64,000 bases of DNA from Vulcanimicrobiales bacterium (GTDB lineage: Bacteria > Vulcanimicrobiota > Vulcanimicrobiia > Vulcanimicrobiales > Vulcanimicrobiaceae), in NCBI GenBank assembly GCA_038215615.1, contig JBBQQR010000003.1:1-64000 (forward strand), read 5' to 3'. Within the stretch, counting starts at the first letter, position 1, and every line of letters begins with the position of its first letter. Under the pieces are notes generated by a model. It was not told the origin of the DNA. It ran no database searches and saw nothing but the letters and a program-made list of their open reading frames with translations. Shown here piece after piece: positions 9,852 to 20,286 of this stretch. The position numbers were made by a program, and so were the translations under genes.

Positions 9852-11060
9852 TCACGAGTTCGCGGGACGCCTCTGCGCGCTCATCGCCCACGCTAAGGCC
9901 ACTAACAAAAAGTTGGCGACGAGCGAACTTCCGCCGTATGAAATGAACGGCAAGGTGATGCCCGTCAGCGGGAAGAGCCCGATAACGCCCCCGACGATGA
10001 TGAAGACTTGGAACGCGACCGTCGCCGATAAGCCGACCGCGAGCAGACCGGCGTACAAGTCCGGCTGCCCCGCTGCGATCGCCAGCATACGGTAGACCAG
10101 CAACAAAAAGAGCCCGAGCACGATGAGCGCACCGATCAAGCCGAACTCTTCGCTGATCGCCGCGTAAACATAGTCGGTCGCTGCCGCCGGAATAAACCCC
10201 GGATGGCCAAGGCGGTAGCCGGTACCCAATAATCCTCCGGCGGCCAGCGAGTAGTAGCCCTGCGAGGCCTGATACCCCGCTCCGAGCGGATCCGCGAACG
10301 GATTGCGCCAGACCGCGATGCGCGTGCCGACGTAGCTGTAATGACGCATCGCCCAGAACGCTACACCGACAAAAAGCGCGCAGCTGCCGACGAGCAAGTC
10401 GATGCGCCGCGTTCCGGCGTAGAGCAACACGGCAAAGGTGGCGAGCAACAGTGCAGCCATGCCGATGTCACGCTGCAAAACCAGGATCGCCATGGACAAG
10501 CCCCAGCCCAAAATCAACGGACCGAGGTATTTGAGGTTGGCCCGAATGGACCAAGGCCTGGCGGCGGCGATAACGTCGGCCGTCTCCGCCAGATATGCGG
10601 CGAGGAAAAACACGATGAACAGCTTGATCAGCTCGACGGGTTCGTATTGAATCGCGCCGATTCGGATCCATAGCCGCGCGCCGTTGACTTCCTGACCGAA
10701 AGCCAAGAGGAGTCCGAAGAGCACCAGTGAGAGCAGCACCCAAAGATATTTGATCGCCGCCAAGCGCCGGAAATTCGTGAAAATGGGCCCGAGGCAGACG
10801 GCCAGCAGCAGCGAGATCAGCAGCCAATATTGCTGGCGGTGCGCCAACTCGGGCGAAATCCGCGCGACCGCAAGCAATCCGATAGTGGCCAGGACGATCG
10901 CAAAGGCCGGCAACGCGTTGTCGCGGGCCGAACCGCGCGGCTGCGCCGCAACCCACCCGATGCACAAAATCGCCAGCACCGCGAGCAGCCACGGCGGACC
11001 GATTGATTTGGGCGGCGCAAACGACAGTGCCAGCGCCGCAAACGCGAGCGCCAGCACCAT
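9852..11060 (-). CDS. FtsW/RodA/SpoVE (SEDS) family protein
   Basis: NGARLWI, QRDIG, GGLLGTG, TDYV, PLTGITLPFISYGGSS; start ATG 11060, GTG 11066 or ATA 11078. Confidence 0.92.
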   Translation of the reverse strand: MVLALAFAALALSFAPPKSIGPPWLLAVLAILCIGWVAAQPRGSARDNALPAFAIVLATIGLLAVARISPELAHRQQYWLLISLLLAVCLGPIFTNFRRLAAIKYLWVLLSLVLFGLLLAFGQEVNGARLWIRIGAIQYEPVELIKLFIVFFLAAYLAETADVIAAARPWSIRANLKYLGPLILGWGLSMAILVLQRDIGMAALLLATFAVLLYAGTRRIDLLVGSCALFVGVAFWAMRHYSYVGTRIAVWRNPFADPLGAGYQASQGYYSLAAGGLLGTGYRLGHPGFIPAAATDYVYAAISEEFGLIGALIVLGLFLLLVYRMLAIAAGQPDLYAGLLAVGLSATVAFQVFIIVGGVIGLFPLTGITLPFISYGGSSLVANFLLVALAWAMSAQRRPANS

Positions 11061-11074
11061 TGGCACGAGGACCT

Positions 11075-11728
11075 TTATCTTATGCTGAGCATCGCGTAGA
11101 AAAGCGCGGTCGCCAGCACTCCGGTAAGTATCGATGGTCCCAAGTGCGCCCCGGTGGGCGCCGGAACCTCCGCTTGCAGGGCCCCGGTAAACGTGATGAC
11201 GAGCCGCTGCGCGCGCGCCGGCAACTCGTGCTCGGCAAGCACCAGCGCATCGCCCGGAGCCAGCGCAAATGCCGTTACGGCCATATCGAGCGTACGCGTC
11301 AGACCCAGCGCGCGAATCAAGACCGGACACCCGAACCCGTCTTCGAATGCATCGTTTTTCGTGAGCGCCACCACCGAACCGCCGCGCGCCAAATAGGCGG
11401 CGGTCGATCCGACGTGCGCCAGATACGCGCGCTCGCGCAGCAGCAGAATCGCAGTCATCGAAGCGCCGGCGGTGACGTAATCTTCGTGCGAAGCGCTGCG
11501 CGCGTGCAGTTCGTCGTTCACGCGCGCGATAACGCTGCCGAGCATGGCCGCGACAGAACGAGGCTTAGGCGCGCGCTGCAGGCGCTGACGCAACTTCGTG
11601 AGCGCAAATGACGCGACCGGCTCGCCGTCAATCCGCCCAAAACCGGTGGCAACCGCGAACAGATAACTTTCGTCCGAGAGCCGCTGCGACAGACAGCATC
11701 CGCGGTCGCCGCTCACCGCGACATTCAC
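11075..11728 (-). CDS. PP2C/PPM-fold protein with degenerate metal-binding motifs
   Basis: FAVATGFG, AHVGSTAAY, LTKND, LIRALG, GDALVL align to the PP2C pattern but the catalytic Asp residues are replaced. Confidence 0.75.
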   Translation of the reverse strand: MNVAVSGDRGCCLSQRLSDESYLFAVATGFGRIDGEPVASFALTKLRQRLQRAPKPRSVAAMLGSVIARVNDELHARSASHEDYVTAGASMTAILLLRERAYLAHVGSTAAYLARGGSVVALTKNDAFEDGFGCPVLIRALGLTRTLDMAVTAFALAPGDALVLAEHELPARAQRLVITFTGALQAEVPAPTGAHLGPSILTGVLATALFYAMLSIR

Positions 11729-12147
11729 GGAAGCGCTCGGATGTCCAAGACTTCGATCCGCGTGTTTCCCACGTCTACATGGTCCCCAATTTTGAGTTCT
11801 ATGCCCTCGTCCGCCAGCCGTTTTCCATTAAGAAACGTGCCGTTGCGGCTGCCAAGGTCGGTTACGTAGAGAGCGCCGGCAGCGGCCTGAAGCGCCGCGT
11901 GCCGCCGGCTCGTCTCAGGATCACCCAGCGGAATGTCGGCGTCGGAAGATCGCCCGATCACGCGCGGAGCGTGGCCTTCCGAAATTTCCAGCTCGAGGGC
12001 GCGGCTATTGACCGTCAGCGCTACGATCATGTTCTCCGGCGCCGCAGGCGCGGCGGCGAAACGATGCCGGCCGACGACGGCACCAAATACCGCGAGCCCC
12101 GCCAAAATCTCGAGCGACCCAATGCGCATCTCCGCTGGAAACGTCAC
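11725..12147 (-). CDS. FHA domain protein with N-terminal membrane anchor (FhaB-like)
   Basis: IGRS, SRRHA, DLGSRNGT.LNG; GTGA overlap with upstream stop. Confidence 0.88.
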   Translation of the reverse strand: MTFPAEMRIGSLEILAGLAVFGAVVGRHRFAAAPAAPENMIVALTVNSRALELEISEGHAPRVIGRSSDADIPLGDPETSRRHAALQAAAGALYVTDLGSRNGTFLNGKRLADEGIELKIGDHVDVGNTRIEVLDIRALP

Positions 12148-12812
12148 GCCTGCTCCACGCGCAGCGCGGCTTTTCCGAACGCTACGACATCGCCCGGTTT
12201 CAATGCGGCTGTATCGACGCGCTCTTCGTTCACGTACGTTCCGTTGGTCGACCCCGCGTCGTGAACGACGAGCGCACCGTCCTGCACGTCGAAGAGCGCG
12301 TGATTGCGCGAGACGCTGGGGTCGGGAAGATGCACGTCGCTTTCGGGACTGCGGCCGACACGCGCCGCGCCGCCGATCCGGTATTGACGTTCCGACGCTA
12401 CGCCGCTCAACACGCGCAGCGTAAAACCACCGTGCGTGCGCGCACTGCGCTCGCCAGCGGTCGCAATATCGACCGCACCTGCCACCATGCCTTCTCCCTC
12501 CAGCAATTCTGTGCGCGGCGGCGTCTGGAAGACGATGCCGACGCGTTCGGCAACGTCGATAAGCAGCGCGCACCATTCCGACTCGAGATACGCGCGATGC
12601 GGCTGAAGACGCCGATAATCATCGGCATGCACGTACACTTCGTAGTGGTCCGGCGCGATGGCGCCCTCCGGCGTCTGTTTCGTGCGAGCCTCCATCGTCG
12701 CAACGAGCTTACGCGCGATCTGCGCCGGCTCGAGGTCGCTCGGAAACATATTGGCGAAAGCGCGCTCAACAAAAGCGGCGCACGCTTCTTCTACGCGCTC
12801 GAAAAAATTCAC
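12144..12812 (-). CDS. fhaA: DUF3662 + FHA domain protein (FhaA-like)
   Basis: P..IARKL...ME, APDHY.V motif; C-terminal FHA GRS, SRNHA, GSTNGT. Confidence 0.88.
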   Translation of the reverse strand: MNFFERVEEACAAFVERAFANMFPSDLEPAQIARKLVATMEARTKQTPEGAIAPDHYEVYVHADDYRRLQPHRAYLESEWCALLIDVAERVGIVFQTPPRTELLEGEGMVAGAVDIATAGERSARTHGGFTLRVLSGVASERQYRIGGAARVGRSPESDVHLPDPSVSRNHALFDVQDGALVVHDAGSTNGTYVNEERVDTAALKPGDVVAFGKAALRVEQA

Positions 12813-14125
12813 CGGCGTTCCAGACGCGCGACGTAAAACCCGTCGCGCCCGTTCAAGCCCGGCGGAACAAGCACGTCGCCGTGCGGGGCCTGTAATTCCG
12901 CCAAATGACTGGGAATCAATCCGCGCTCGACGTTGTGCGCGCTCAGGCACCAGTCGATCACCTCCGTCGTTTCTCGCGGATCAGTCGAACAGACTGCGTA
13001 AACGATCGCGCCCCCATTAAACATTTGCGGCACCAGCGCGTCGAGCAACGCGCGCTGCGTGAGCGCCAACCGTTCGCCGTCGTCGGGATGCTTCCGCCAG
13101 CGCGCTTCGGGATGGCGCCCGAGAACGCCTAAGCCCGAACACGGAGCGTCGATCAGTATCCGATCGACGCGCTGCGGCAGCAACGGTGCGGTCGCATCTC
13201 CCGCGATCGCGGTCACGTTCAGGCCTTCGTTTTTTGCGCGCCGTTCGAGCGTTTCGACCTTGCGCCGCTCGCGATCAATGCACAGAAATGAATTTCCGTC
13301 ATCGAGCCGCGCCGCGATCTGCAGCGCTTTGTTTCCCCGGCCGCTGCACGCGTCGATAACTTTCTCGCCGCTTTGGGGATTCAGAACGTCCACGACCATC
13401 GCCGACGACTCGCTCTGCAGCCACCATCCGGTCTCCTGGGGATCTGCGGCAAGCGCGGCACCGCTTTCGAGCAGCAATGAATCTTCGGAGAGCACCGAAA
13501 GGTGCGTTGTGATTCCACGGCCGGCGAATCGGGTTTGCAGTTCTTCGCGGCTTTGCCGCCTGCGATTGACCGTAAGTGCCGGCTGCGCGGGTTCGTTGCA
13601 CGCTTTGAGCAGTTCTTCGAGCTGCACGCCGAAGACGCCGCGCCACTGACGCACGATCCACGTCGGATAAGAATAGAGCGTCCCGAGATACTCGTCTTCG
13701 TTTTCAAAGTCTGACGGTTGCGGCGGCGCGGGACGGTCGCGCAGACAGCCGCGAAACACGGCGTTCACCAAGCCCGCGGTGCCGCGATGCCCGTGCCGCT
13801 TGGCTGCGTTCACCCATTGACTGACGACCGCGTGGTCCGCTGCCGCGCTAAACAACAGTTCGTAAAAACCAAGCCGCAGGATCTCGGCAATTGCCGGGGG
13901 CAGTGCTTTTCCGCGCTGTCCGATATACGGTGTTAAATACCAGTCCAGCGTGCGGCGCATTTTGATCGTCCCGAAAACCAGATGCGTGCAGAACGCGCGA
14001 TCGCGTACGTCGAGTTTTTCTTTGCCTGCGCGGTACTCGAGCGCTTCCTGCGCTCCGCGTCCGGGCGATCCGTCGAATGGAAAGACGTCGCGTATCACAA
14101 GGAATGCAACTTCGCGAGCCGTCAT
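12809..14125 (-). CDS. rsmB: 16S rRNA m5C967 methyltransferase RsmB
   Basis: NusB-like N-terminus, DACSGRGNK, DAPCSGLG, VYAVCS, DGFY; follows fmt. Confidence 0.93.
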   Translation of the reverse strand: MTAREVAFLVIRDVFPFDGSPGRGAQEALEYRAGKEKLDVRDRAFCTHLVFGTIKMRRTLDWYLTPYIGQRGKALPPAIAEILRLGFYELLFSAAADHAVVSQWVNAAKRHGHRGTAGLVNAVFRGCLRDRPAPPQPSDFENEDEYLGTLYSYPTWIVRQWRGVFGVQLEELLKACNEPAQPALTVNRRRQSREELQTRFAGRGITTHLSVLSEDSLLLESGAALAADPQETGWWLQSESSAMVVDVLNPQSGEKVIDACSGRGNKALQIAARLDDGNSFLCIDRERRKVETLERRAKNEGLNVTAIAGDATAPLLPQRVDRILIDAPCSGLGVLGRHPEARWRKHPDDGERLALTQRALLDALVPQMFNGGAIVYAVCSTDPRETTEVIDWCLSAHNVERGLIPSHLAELQAPHGDVLVPPGLNGRDGFYVARLERR

Positions 14126-15030
14126 GCGCCCTCGCCCAAGAACGGCGCGCCGAAAGACGCACCCGTTTGCGGCCCACGGTTGGGTGCGATCACCTCGAGC
14201 ACGTTCACGACGCCGTTTCCGCTCTGTATGCCGAGCCCATCGCCGATCATGCTTGCGATCGTGCCCGGTTCCACCAAGGGGCGCTCCCACTGAGCCACTT
14301 CCGCCCGTAAAATCTTTACGGGCGTATTTGCGATGACCGCGCGCGCTGCGGGGGCAGGCGAAAGCGACCGCACGTGATTGACGATCCGCAGCGCTTCCCA
14401 GTTCCAATCGATCGCGAAGTCTTCTTTGCGTAGCGGGCGTGTCGTCGTCGCCGGCCCACTCTGCGGCACGCGCGGGAACGCTCCGCCGCGGCCGGCGTCG
14501 ATCGCGTGCATCAACGCCTGCGCGCCAAAACGCGCCAGGCGATCGTGCAGCTCGCCGTAGATTTCTCCGGGCAGAATCGGCGTGCGTTCCTGCAGCACGA
14601 TGTCACCCGTGTCGAGCCCTGCGTCCATCAGCATGATCGTCACACCCGTTTCGGAAGCGCCGTCGCGCAACGCGCTTTGAATGGGCGTCGCACCGCGGTA
14701 CTGCGGCAAGAGGCTCGGGTGCACGTTGAGCGATCCGAGCGGCGGCATGTCGAGCAGCGGTGGCGGAACAAGTTTTCCGTATGAAGCCAAGATGAAGAAA
14801 TCAAAATGCTGCCCCGAAAGTTCGAGCGTGAAATCGCGCAGCGACGCAGGCTGGTAGACGGGAATGCCGAGCCTCTGCGCTGCGACCTTTACGGGCGGCG
14901 CCGTGAGCTTCTGTCCGCGTCCGGCGGGACGATCGGGCTGGGTAACGACGCTTTGCAGCTCGGTGCGCTGCGCGGCGGCTTCCAAACTCGGCACGGCAAA
15001 CGCACTGGTTCCGAAGAAGAGCGTTTTCAC
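14122..15030 (-). CDS. fmt: Methionyl-tRNA formyltransferase
   Basis: TQPDRPAGRG, NVHPSLLPQYRGATP, MDAGLDTG. Confidence 0.97.
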   Translation of the reverse strand: MKTLFFGTSAFAVPSLEAAAQRTELQSVVTQPDRPAGRGQKLTAPPVKVAAQRLGIPVYQPASLRDFTLELSGQHFDFFILASYGKLVPPPLLDMPPLGSLNVHPSLLPQYRGATPIQSALRDGASETGVTIMLMDAGLDTGDIVLQERTPILPGEIYGELHDRLARFGAQALMHAIDAGRGGAFPRVPQSGPATTTRPLRKEDFAIDWNWEALRIVNHVRSLSPAPAARAVIANTPVKILRAEVAQWERPLVEPGTIASMIGDGLGIQSGNGVVNVLEVIAPNRGPQTGASFGAPFLGEGA

Positions 15031-15545
15031 ATCTCTTCCTCGTCCTGTTCCTCCTTAGGCGCGGGCCTGCGGATGTTTTTGGCGTTGTCGATGTACAGCA
15101 CGCCGTTGAGGTGGTCGATCTCATGCTGAAGGGCTTGCGCAAGAAGATCGCCGCCTTCCAGCTTGAGTTTCTTTCCGTGACGGTCCAGCCCGGTAACGGT
15201 CACGCGCTCGTAACGCACGATGTCGCCGATAAACCCCGGAACCGAGAGGCACCCTTCGTGCAATTCGACTTCTTCTTTCGCAGACTCGATTTTGGGATTG
15301 ATGACCGCGTGTTTGGTGCCCTGCGGATGCTCTTCGTCTTCACCCGTGTCGATCACGAACAGCCGCTTCGATATGTTGACTTGCGGAGCCGCGAGACCGA
15401 CTCCCGGCGCGGCGTACATCGTTTCGAACATATCGTCGATGAGCTGCTGGAAAAGCGGATCGCTGAGCTCTCGCGGATCGACTCTTTTTGCGACCCGCCG
15501 CAAAACCGGCTCGCCCTGGGTCATGATCGGACGCACGTAGGCCAT
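15027..15545 (-). CDS. def: Peptide deformylase
   Basis: GVGLAAPQ, EGCLS, QHEIDHL. Confidence 0.97.
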   Translation of the reverse strand: MAYVRPIMTQGEPVLRRVAKRVDPRELSDPLFQQLIDDMFETMYAAPGVGLAAPQVNISKRLFVIDTGEDEEHPQGTKHAVINPKIESAKEEVELHEGCLSVPGFIGDIVRYERVTVTGLDRHGKKLKLEGGDLLAQALQHEIDHLNGVLYIDNAKNIRRPAPKEEQDEEEM

Positions 15546-15991
15546 CAAGCGTGCGTATTCACAGCGCGGGCCGCGCGCTCCCGGTCGACGCGATAGAGCA
15601 CGTGAGCGCGGAGTTGATTGCGGCGGTTACGGCCACTACTTCCGGCCAGTCAAGGTCGTCGAATGCAAATTGCAAAGCCGCTCGCGCACCTTCGGTCGCG
15701 TAGCCGTGACCCCACGCGTCGAATGCCAGGCGCCATCCCACTTCGCGTTTAGGCGTAACCGGAATATCGCCCGCCATTTCATTCAGGCCGATGAGTCCGG
15801 CAAAAGCGCCGGTTGCCTTGATCTCCACAGCCCATAGGCCGTAGCCGTCGCGATCGATTTGCGCCGGCGTTTTGGAAGCAACGTCGTCCGAGCTCGCGCG
15901 GTTCGGCATTCATCTGCGCCCACTTGTCGAGATCCGCATCGCGCCATTGGCGCAAGAGCAGACGCCCCGTCTCAACGGCCGGCGCTTTCAA
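15545..15991 (-). pseudogene. RimJ/RimL-type GNAT acetyltransferase broken by two internal deletions/frameshifts
   Basis: Three frames carry consecutive parts: ETGRLLLRQWRDADL..MNAEPR / GYGLWAVE..EVGWRL..WGHGYATE / LRAHVLYRV; final TGA overlaps def ATG. Confidence 0.8.
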
Positions 15992-16976
15992 GCAGCTCCC
16001 TTTCTCTGGATCGCGACAATCCCGCCTGCAGCGCATCGAGGGTTCGCGCGTTCGTAGCCCACGCCAACGTATCGCGCACGGTTTGCGCTAACGGCGTGCA
16101 TTGCAAACCGCGCGCAACCGCTCGCTCCGGACTCGTTCGCAGGAGGGTCGCAGCCGAATCGCGCCGCGGGATCCATAGCGGCAGCTCCGACCACGGTCTG
16201 ACGCCGTGTCCGGTCAAGAAGTCTTCTTCCATCCAGCGCGTATTCGGATGCGAGCCGCTCGCCCTGGCGCATTCCCCGATCAAATCGCCAAAAGTGTGCG
16301 CATCCGGAGGCGCGACGACATTGTACGTTCCGCTGACCTCGTCCCGAACGATCCTTGACGTGAACCGCGCGGCATCGCGCGCGTCGACGTACTGAATGTT
16401 CCGATCTGCCGGAGGCGCGAGTACGTCGCCGCCGGCGGCGACCCGGAGAACCCAATAGGTAAAGCGATCCGTCGGATCGTGCGGGCCCGCAACCAGGCCC
16501 AGGCGTAAGATCGTGGCGCGTTCGCCGAACGCTGCGCGGACTTCGGATTCGCAGAGGTTCTTGAGCGAGCCGTACTGTTCGTCGGCATAAACCGTCGGGT
16601 CGACGCCTTCCGGCAGATTCAGCAGCGGCGCGTCCTCGTCCACGCGATCCGAACGTACCTGTTCGAGATCGTAAACCGAGACGCTGGAGACAAAGAGATA
16701 GCGTTTTGTCCGTGACTCAAAAAAACGCGCCGCGTGTTTTACGACATCGGGCGTATAGCCGCTCGTGTCGATGACGAAGTCGAAACGTTTCCCCTCGAGG
16801 GTCCCCAAGTCGCGCGAGCGATCGCCGCGCACGTTTTCGACCCCGGCCCGCAGTGACGGATCGCTCATGCCGCGGTTAAACATCGTGACGTTGGCGCCGG
16901 ATGCAACGAGGGCGTCCAGGATGTGGCGCCCAACGAATCGCGTACCTCCCAGGACGAGGATGCGGAGCGCGCTCAC
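15972..16976 (-). CDS. NAD-dependent epimerase/dehydratase family protein
   Basis: LGGTRFVG, SSVSVY, YGSLK, DPTDRFTYW. Confidence 0.9.
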   Translation of the reverse strand: MSALRILVLGGTRFVGRHILDALVASGANVTMFNRGMSDPSLRAGVENVRGDRSRDLGTLEGKRFDFVIDTSGYTPDVVKHAARFFESRTKRYLFVSSVSVYDLEQVRSDRVDEDAPLLNLPEGVDPTVYADEQYGSLKNLCESEVRAAFGERATILRLGLVAGPHDPTDRFTYWVLRVAAGGDVLAPPADRNIQYVDARDAARFTSRIVRDEVSGTYNVVAPPDAHTFGDLIGECARASGSHPNTRWMEEDFLTGHGVRPWSELPLWIPRRDSAATLLRTSPERAVARGLQCTPLAQTVRDTLAWATNARTLDALQAGLSRSRERELLESAGR

Positions 16977-16982
16977 GCGGCC

Positions 16983-18425
16983 TTACAGAATGTAGCTCGA
17001 AAGGTCGGCGTTCTTGACGATGTCTTGCAGTTTCTCCCGCACATACTCTGCGTTGACAACGACCGGGTCGTGCTTTTCGGGCGCCTCGTAGCTCACGTCT
17101 TCGAGCAAGCGTTCGAGTACCGTGTGAAGGCGGCGCGCACCGATATTCTCACTCTGATCGTTGACCTGCATCGCGAACTGCGCGAGCTGCTCGATGCCGT
17201 CGGGCTGGAAGTCGACGTCGACGCCTTCGCTCGCAAGCAACGCTTTGTACTGTTCGGTCAGCGCGTTCTTGGGCTGCGTCAAGATCGTCTTGAAGTCTTC
17301 GGCCGTCAGCGAATCGAGCTCGACGCGGATCGGAAACCGGCCTTGCAATTCCGGAATCAAATCTGAAGGCTTACTCATGTGGAACGCGCCTGCCGCGATG
17401 AACAAGATGTGATCGGTTTTGACCGGACCGTGTTTCGTGTTGACGGTACTGCCTTCGACGATGGGCAGAATGTCGCGCTGCACGCCCTCGCGCGAAACAT
17501 CGGGCCCGCGCGCGCCTTCGCGACCCGCGACTTTGTCGATCTCGTCGATGAAGATTATGCCGTTTTGGCCCGCGCGCCGCACGGCTTCGCGTTTGACCGC
17601 ATCCATGTCGATCAGTTTCGCCGCTTCCTCTTGTTCGAAAATGCGGCGCGCTTCCAAAACCGTGACGCGTTTGGCCACGCGTTTTTTCGGCAGCATGCCG
17701 CCGAGCATCTCGCCGATATCTCCGCCGCCCTGATCCATTCCGGGACCGATGACGCCGATGGGGAAGCTCGAAGCTTCTTCCACTTCGATTTCGACCAGCC
17801 GCACATCGTAAAATCCGCGCTTGACGTCGGCGCGCGCTTGTTCGCGCGTCTTCTGCGCATCGGCGGCCGCCCCGGGCGTTGGAGCCGCAGCTTGATTCTG
17901 CGGTGGCTGCTGACTTTGAAAGTTGTTGCCGAAAATCGAACCGAGCGTTGCCGCAAGCGCGTTGGGCTGCCCTTGTGCCGACGGCGGGCGGGTTTCGGGA
18001 TGCAACACGTCGATCACGCGCTCGATCGCCATTTTCTTGGCGACCTCTTCTACGTCCGCACGGCGCTCTTCGCTGACCATCCGCACAGCTTGCTCAACCA
18101 AGTCGCGCACCATCGACTCGACGTCGCGGCCGACGTATCCAACCTCAGTATATTTGGTCGCTTCAACTTTCACAAACGGCGCACCGGTCAGCGAAGCCAG
18201 TCTGCGCGCGAACTCGGTCTTGCCGACGCCGGTCGGACCGATCATCAAAATGTTCTTTGGAATGATCTCCGGGCGAAGATCCTCGCGCACGCGTTCGCGG
18301 CGATAGCGGTTGCGCATGGCGATCGCCACGGCGCGTTTCGCTTTGCCCTGCCCGACGATGTATTTGTCGAGTTCCGCCACGATGTTGCGCGGCGTCAGTT
18401 CGAGCGCTTGCACGGATCCGTTCAT
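16983..18425 (-). CDS. hslU: ATP-dependent protease ATPase subunit HslU
   Basis: [26 protein letters not shown]. Confidence 0.98.
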   Translation of the reverse strand: MNGSVQALELTPRNIVAELDKYIVGQGKAKRAVAIAMRNRYRRERVREDLRPEIIPKNILMIGPTGVGKTEFARRLASLTGAPFVKVEATKYTEVGYVGRDVESMVRDLVEQAVRMVSEERRADVEEVAKKMAIERVIDVLHPETRPPSAQGQPNALAATLGSIFGNNFQSQQPPQNQAAAPTPGAAADAQKTREQARADVKRGFYDVRLVEIEVEEASSFPIGVIGPGMDQGGGDIGEMLGGMLPKKRVAKRVTVLEARRIFEQEEAAKLIDMDAVKREAVRRAGQNGIIFIDEIDKVAGREGARGPDVSREGVQRDILPIVEGSTVNTKHGPVKTDHILFIAAGAFHMSKPSDLIPELQGRFPIRVELDSLTAEDFKTILTQPKNALTEQYKALLASEGVDVDFQPDGIEQLAQFAMQVNDQSENIGARRLHTVLERLLEDVSYEAPEKHDPVVVNAEYVREKLQDIVKNADLSSYIL

Positions 18426-18949
18426 AGCGTTTCCACGTCGACGTTTGCGTTGGTGTAGATGCAGATCTCGCCGGCGATCTCCAGCGCTTTGCGTGCAATT
18501 TCTTCGGGCGAGAGATTCGTGTTGCGCAGCAGCGCGGCGGCGGCAGCTTGCGCGTAAGGGCCGCCGCTTCCAATCGCGGCAACGCCTTCATCGGGTTCGA
18601 TCACATCGCCCGTTCCGCTGAGCACGAGCAAGTGCTCCGTATTGCCGACGATCAGCAGCGCCTCGAGCCTGCGCAGCGCTCGATCTTGCCGCCAATCTTT
18701 GGCGAGCTCGACCGAAGCGCGCGTTATGTCCTTGAACTCGCTCATTTTCTTTTCGAATTTTTCAAGTAGCGTCATGCCGTCGGCGGCGGACCCCGCGAAG
18801 CCCGCGATCACTTTGCCGCCGGCGATGCGCCGGACTTTGTGCGCGCCGTGTTTCATGATCGTCTTGTCGACAGTAACCTGCCCGTCGCCCGCGACGGCGA
18901 GCTTGCCGTCCTTGCGAACGGCCAAAATCGTGGTGGACCGGATTTTCAT
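18422..18949 (-). CDS. hslV: ATP-dependent protease peptidase subunit HslV
   Basis: STTILAV, GDGQVT, GFAGS, IGSGG, CIYTN. Confidence 0.98.
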   Translation of the reverse strand: MKIRSTTILAVRKDGKLAVAGDGQVTVDKTIMKHGAHKVRRIAGGKVIAGFAGSAADGMTLLEKFEKKMSEFKDITRASVELAKDWRQDRALRRLEALLIVGNTEHLLVLSGTGDVIEPDEGVAAIGSGGPYAQAAAAALLRNTNLSPEEIARKALEIAGEICIYTNANVDVETL

Positions 18950-20286
18950 ATGTGTGAGATTGGTACCCGATGGTCGGCAAAAGGGTTGCAAAACGCTTGC
19001 ATTGCCTCAAGCGCGCCGGCCGCCAACCGGGTGCGGCGGTCGTGCTTTGATTCGCGCCTCGTCGAGGGGCGCGCGCTGTCGGAAATATAGGCCCACGTGA
19101 CGTTGGCGGGCTGGAAGTCGTGCGTCTCGGTGTTTTGCAAATGCGCGACGACCGCGCCGAACGCGGTGCCGGCGGGAAAGTCGACCGGCGGCAGTCCCAG
19201 CATCTGACGCGCCGCGTGAATGCCGGCCATCGCACCGCACGCAGCCGCTTCCACGTACCCTTCCGCGCCCGTGATCTGTCCGGCGAAATAGAGCGCCTCG
19301 GTTCCACGCAAGCGCAAGTGCGAGTCGAGGAGGCGCGGCGAGTCGATGAACGTGTTGCGGTGCATGACGCCCAGCCTCAGCCACTCGGCATTTTGCAGGC
19401 CGGGAAGTTTACCAAACGCTTCCTTTTGCGCGGGCCACTTCAGCCGGGTTTGAAAACCGACCAGATTATAAGCGGTGCCTTCAACGTTTTCTTTACGCAG
19501 CTGCACGACCGCATATGGGGCTAAGTCCGTGCGCGGATCGCGCAAGCCCACCGGCTTCAGCGGCCCGTAACGCAGCGTCTCGTCGCCGCGGTTTGCCATC
19601 TCTTCGATAGGAAGACACCCCTCGAAGTACCGGGCTTCTTCAAACGCCTCAGTGTCATGACGCGGCAGCGTGCGCAAGTCGTGGAGCAGCTGCGCATACT
19701 GCTCGCGGTCGAGCGGAATGTTGAGATAATCCGCGCCGTCGCCCTTATCGTAACGCGACTTGCGGTACATCTGCGCTTCGTCGATCGAATCCGCCGCCAC
19801 AATCGGCGATGCCGCATCATAGTAATGTAAGCGCTTGCCGGCCAGTGCATCGATCGCCGTGAGCAGATCGTCGCTGGGAAGCGGTCCGCAAGCGACGATG
19901 AACGGACGGCCCTCCGGAATCACGCGCAATTCCTCGCGGCGCAGGGTTATGCGCGGATGAGATTCGATGCGCTCTTCGACCAGCCGCGCAAAGATGTCAC
20001 GGTCGACCGCCAGCGCGCCGCCCGCCGGAACGGCCGCTTCGCGCGCGCAGCCGATGATGAGGGAATCGAGGATTGCGAGCTCGGCCTTCAACAATCCGAC
20101 GGCGTTCTCGAGCGCGGCTCCGCGCAGCGAGTTGCTGCACACCAGTTCGGCCAAGTGCGATGTCTTGTGCGCTGGTCCCGATTTTACAGGACGCATTTCG
20201 TAGAGATCCACATCGACGCCGGCACGCGCGGCTTGCCACGCGGCTTCGCAGCCGGCCAGGCCGCCGCCGGCGACGGTAAGGTTCAA
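18946..20286 (-). CDS. trmFO: tRNA m5U54 methyltransferase TrmFO
   Basis: [38 protein letters not shown]. Confidence 0.97.
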   Translation of the reverse strand: MNLTVAGGGLAGCEAAWQAARAGVDVDLYEMRPVKSGPAHKTSHLAELVCSNSLRGAALENAVGLLKAELAILDSLIIGCAREAAVPAGGALAVDRDIFARLVEERIESHPRITLRREELRVIPEGRPFIVACGPLPSDDLLTAIDALAGKRLHYYDAASPIVAADSIDEAQMYRKSRYDKGDGADYLNIPLDREQYAQLLHDLRTLPRHDTEAFEEARYFEGCLPIEEMANRGDETLRYGPLKPVGLRDPRTDLAPYAVVQLRKENVEGTAYNLVGFQTRLKWPAQKEAFGKLPGLQNAEWLRLGVMHRNTFIDSPRLLDSHLRLRGTEALYFAGQITGAEGYVEAAACGAMAGIHAARQMLGLPPVDFPAGTAFGAVVAHLQNTETHDFQPANVTWAYISDSARPSTRRESKHDRRTRLAAGALEAMQAFCNPFADHRVPISHI

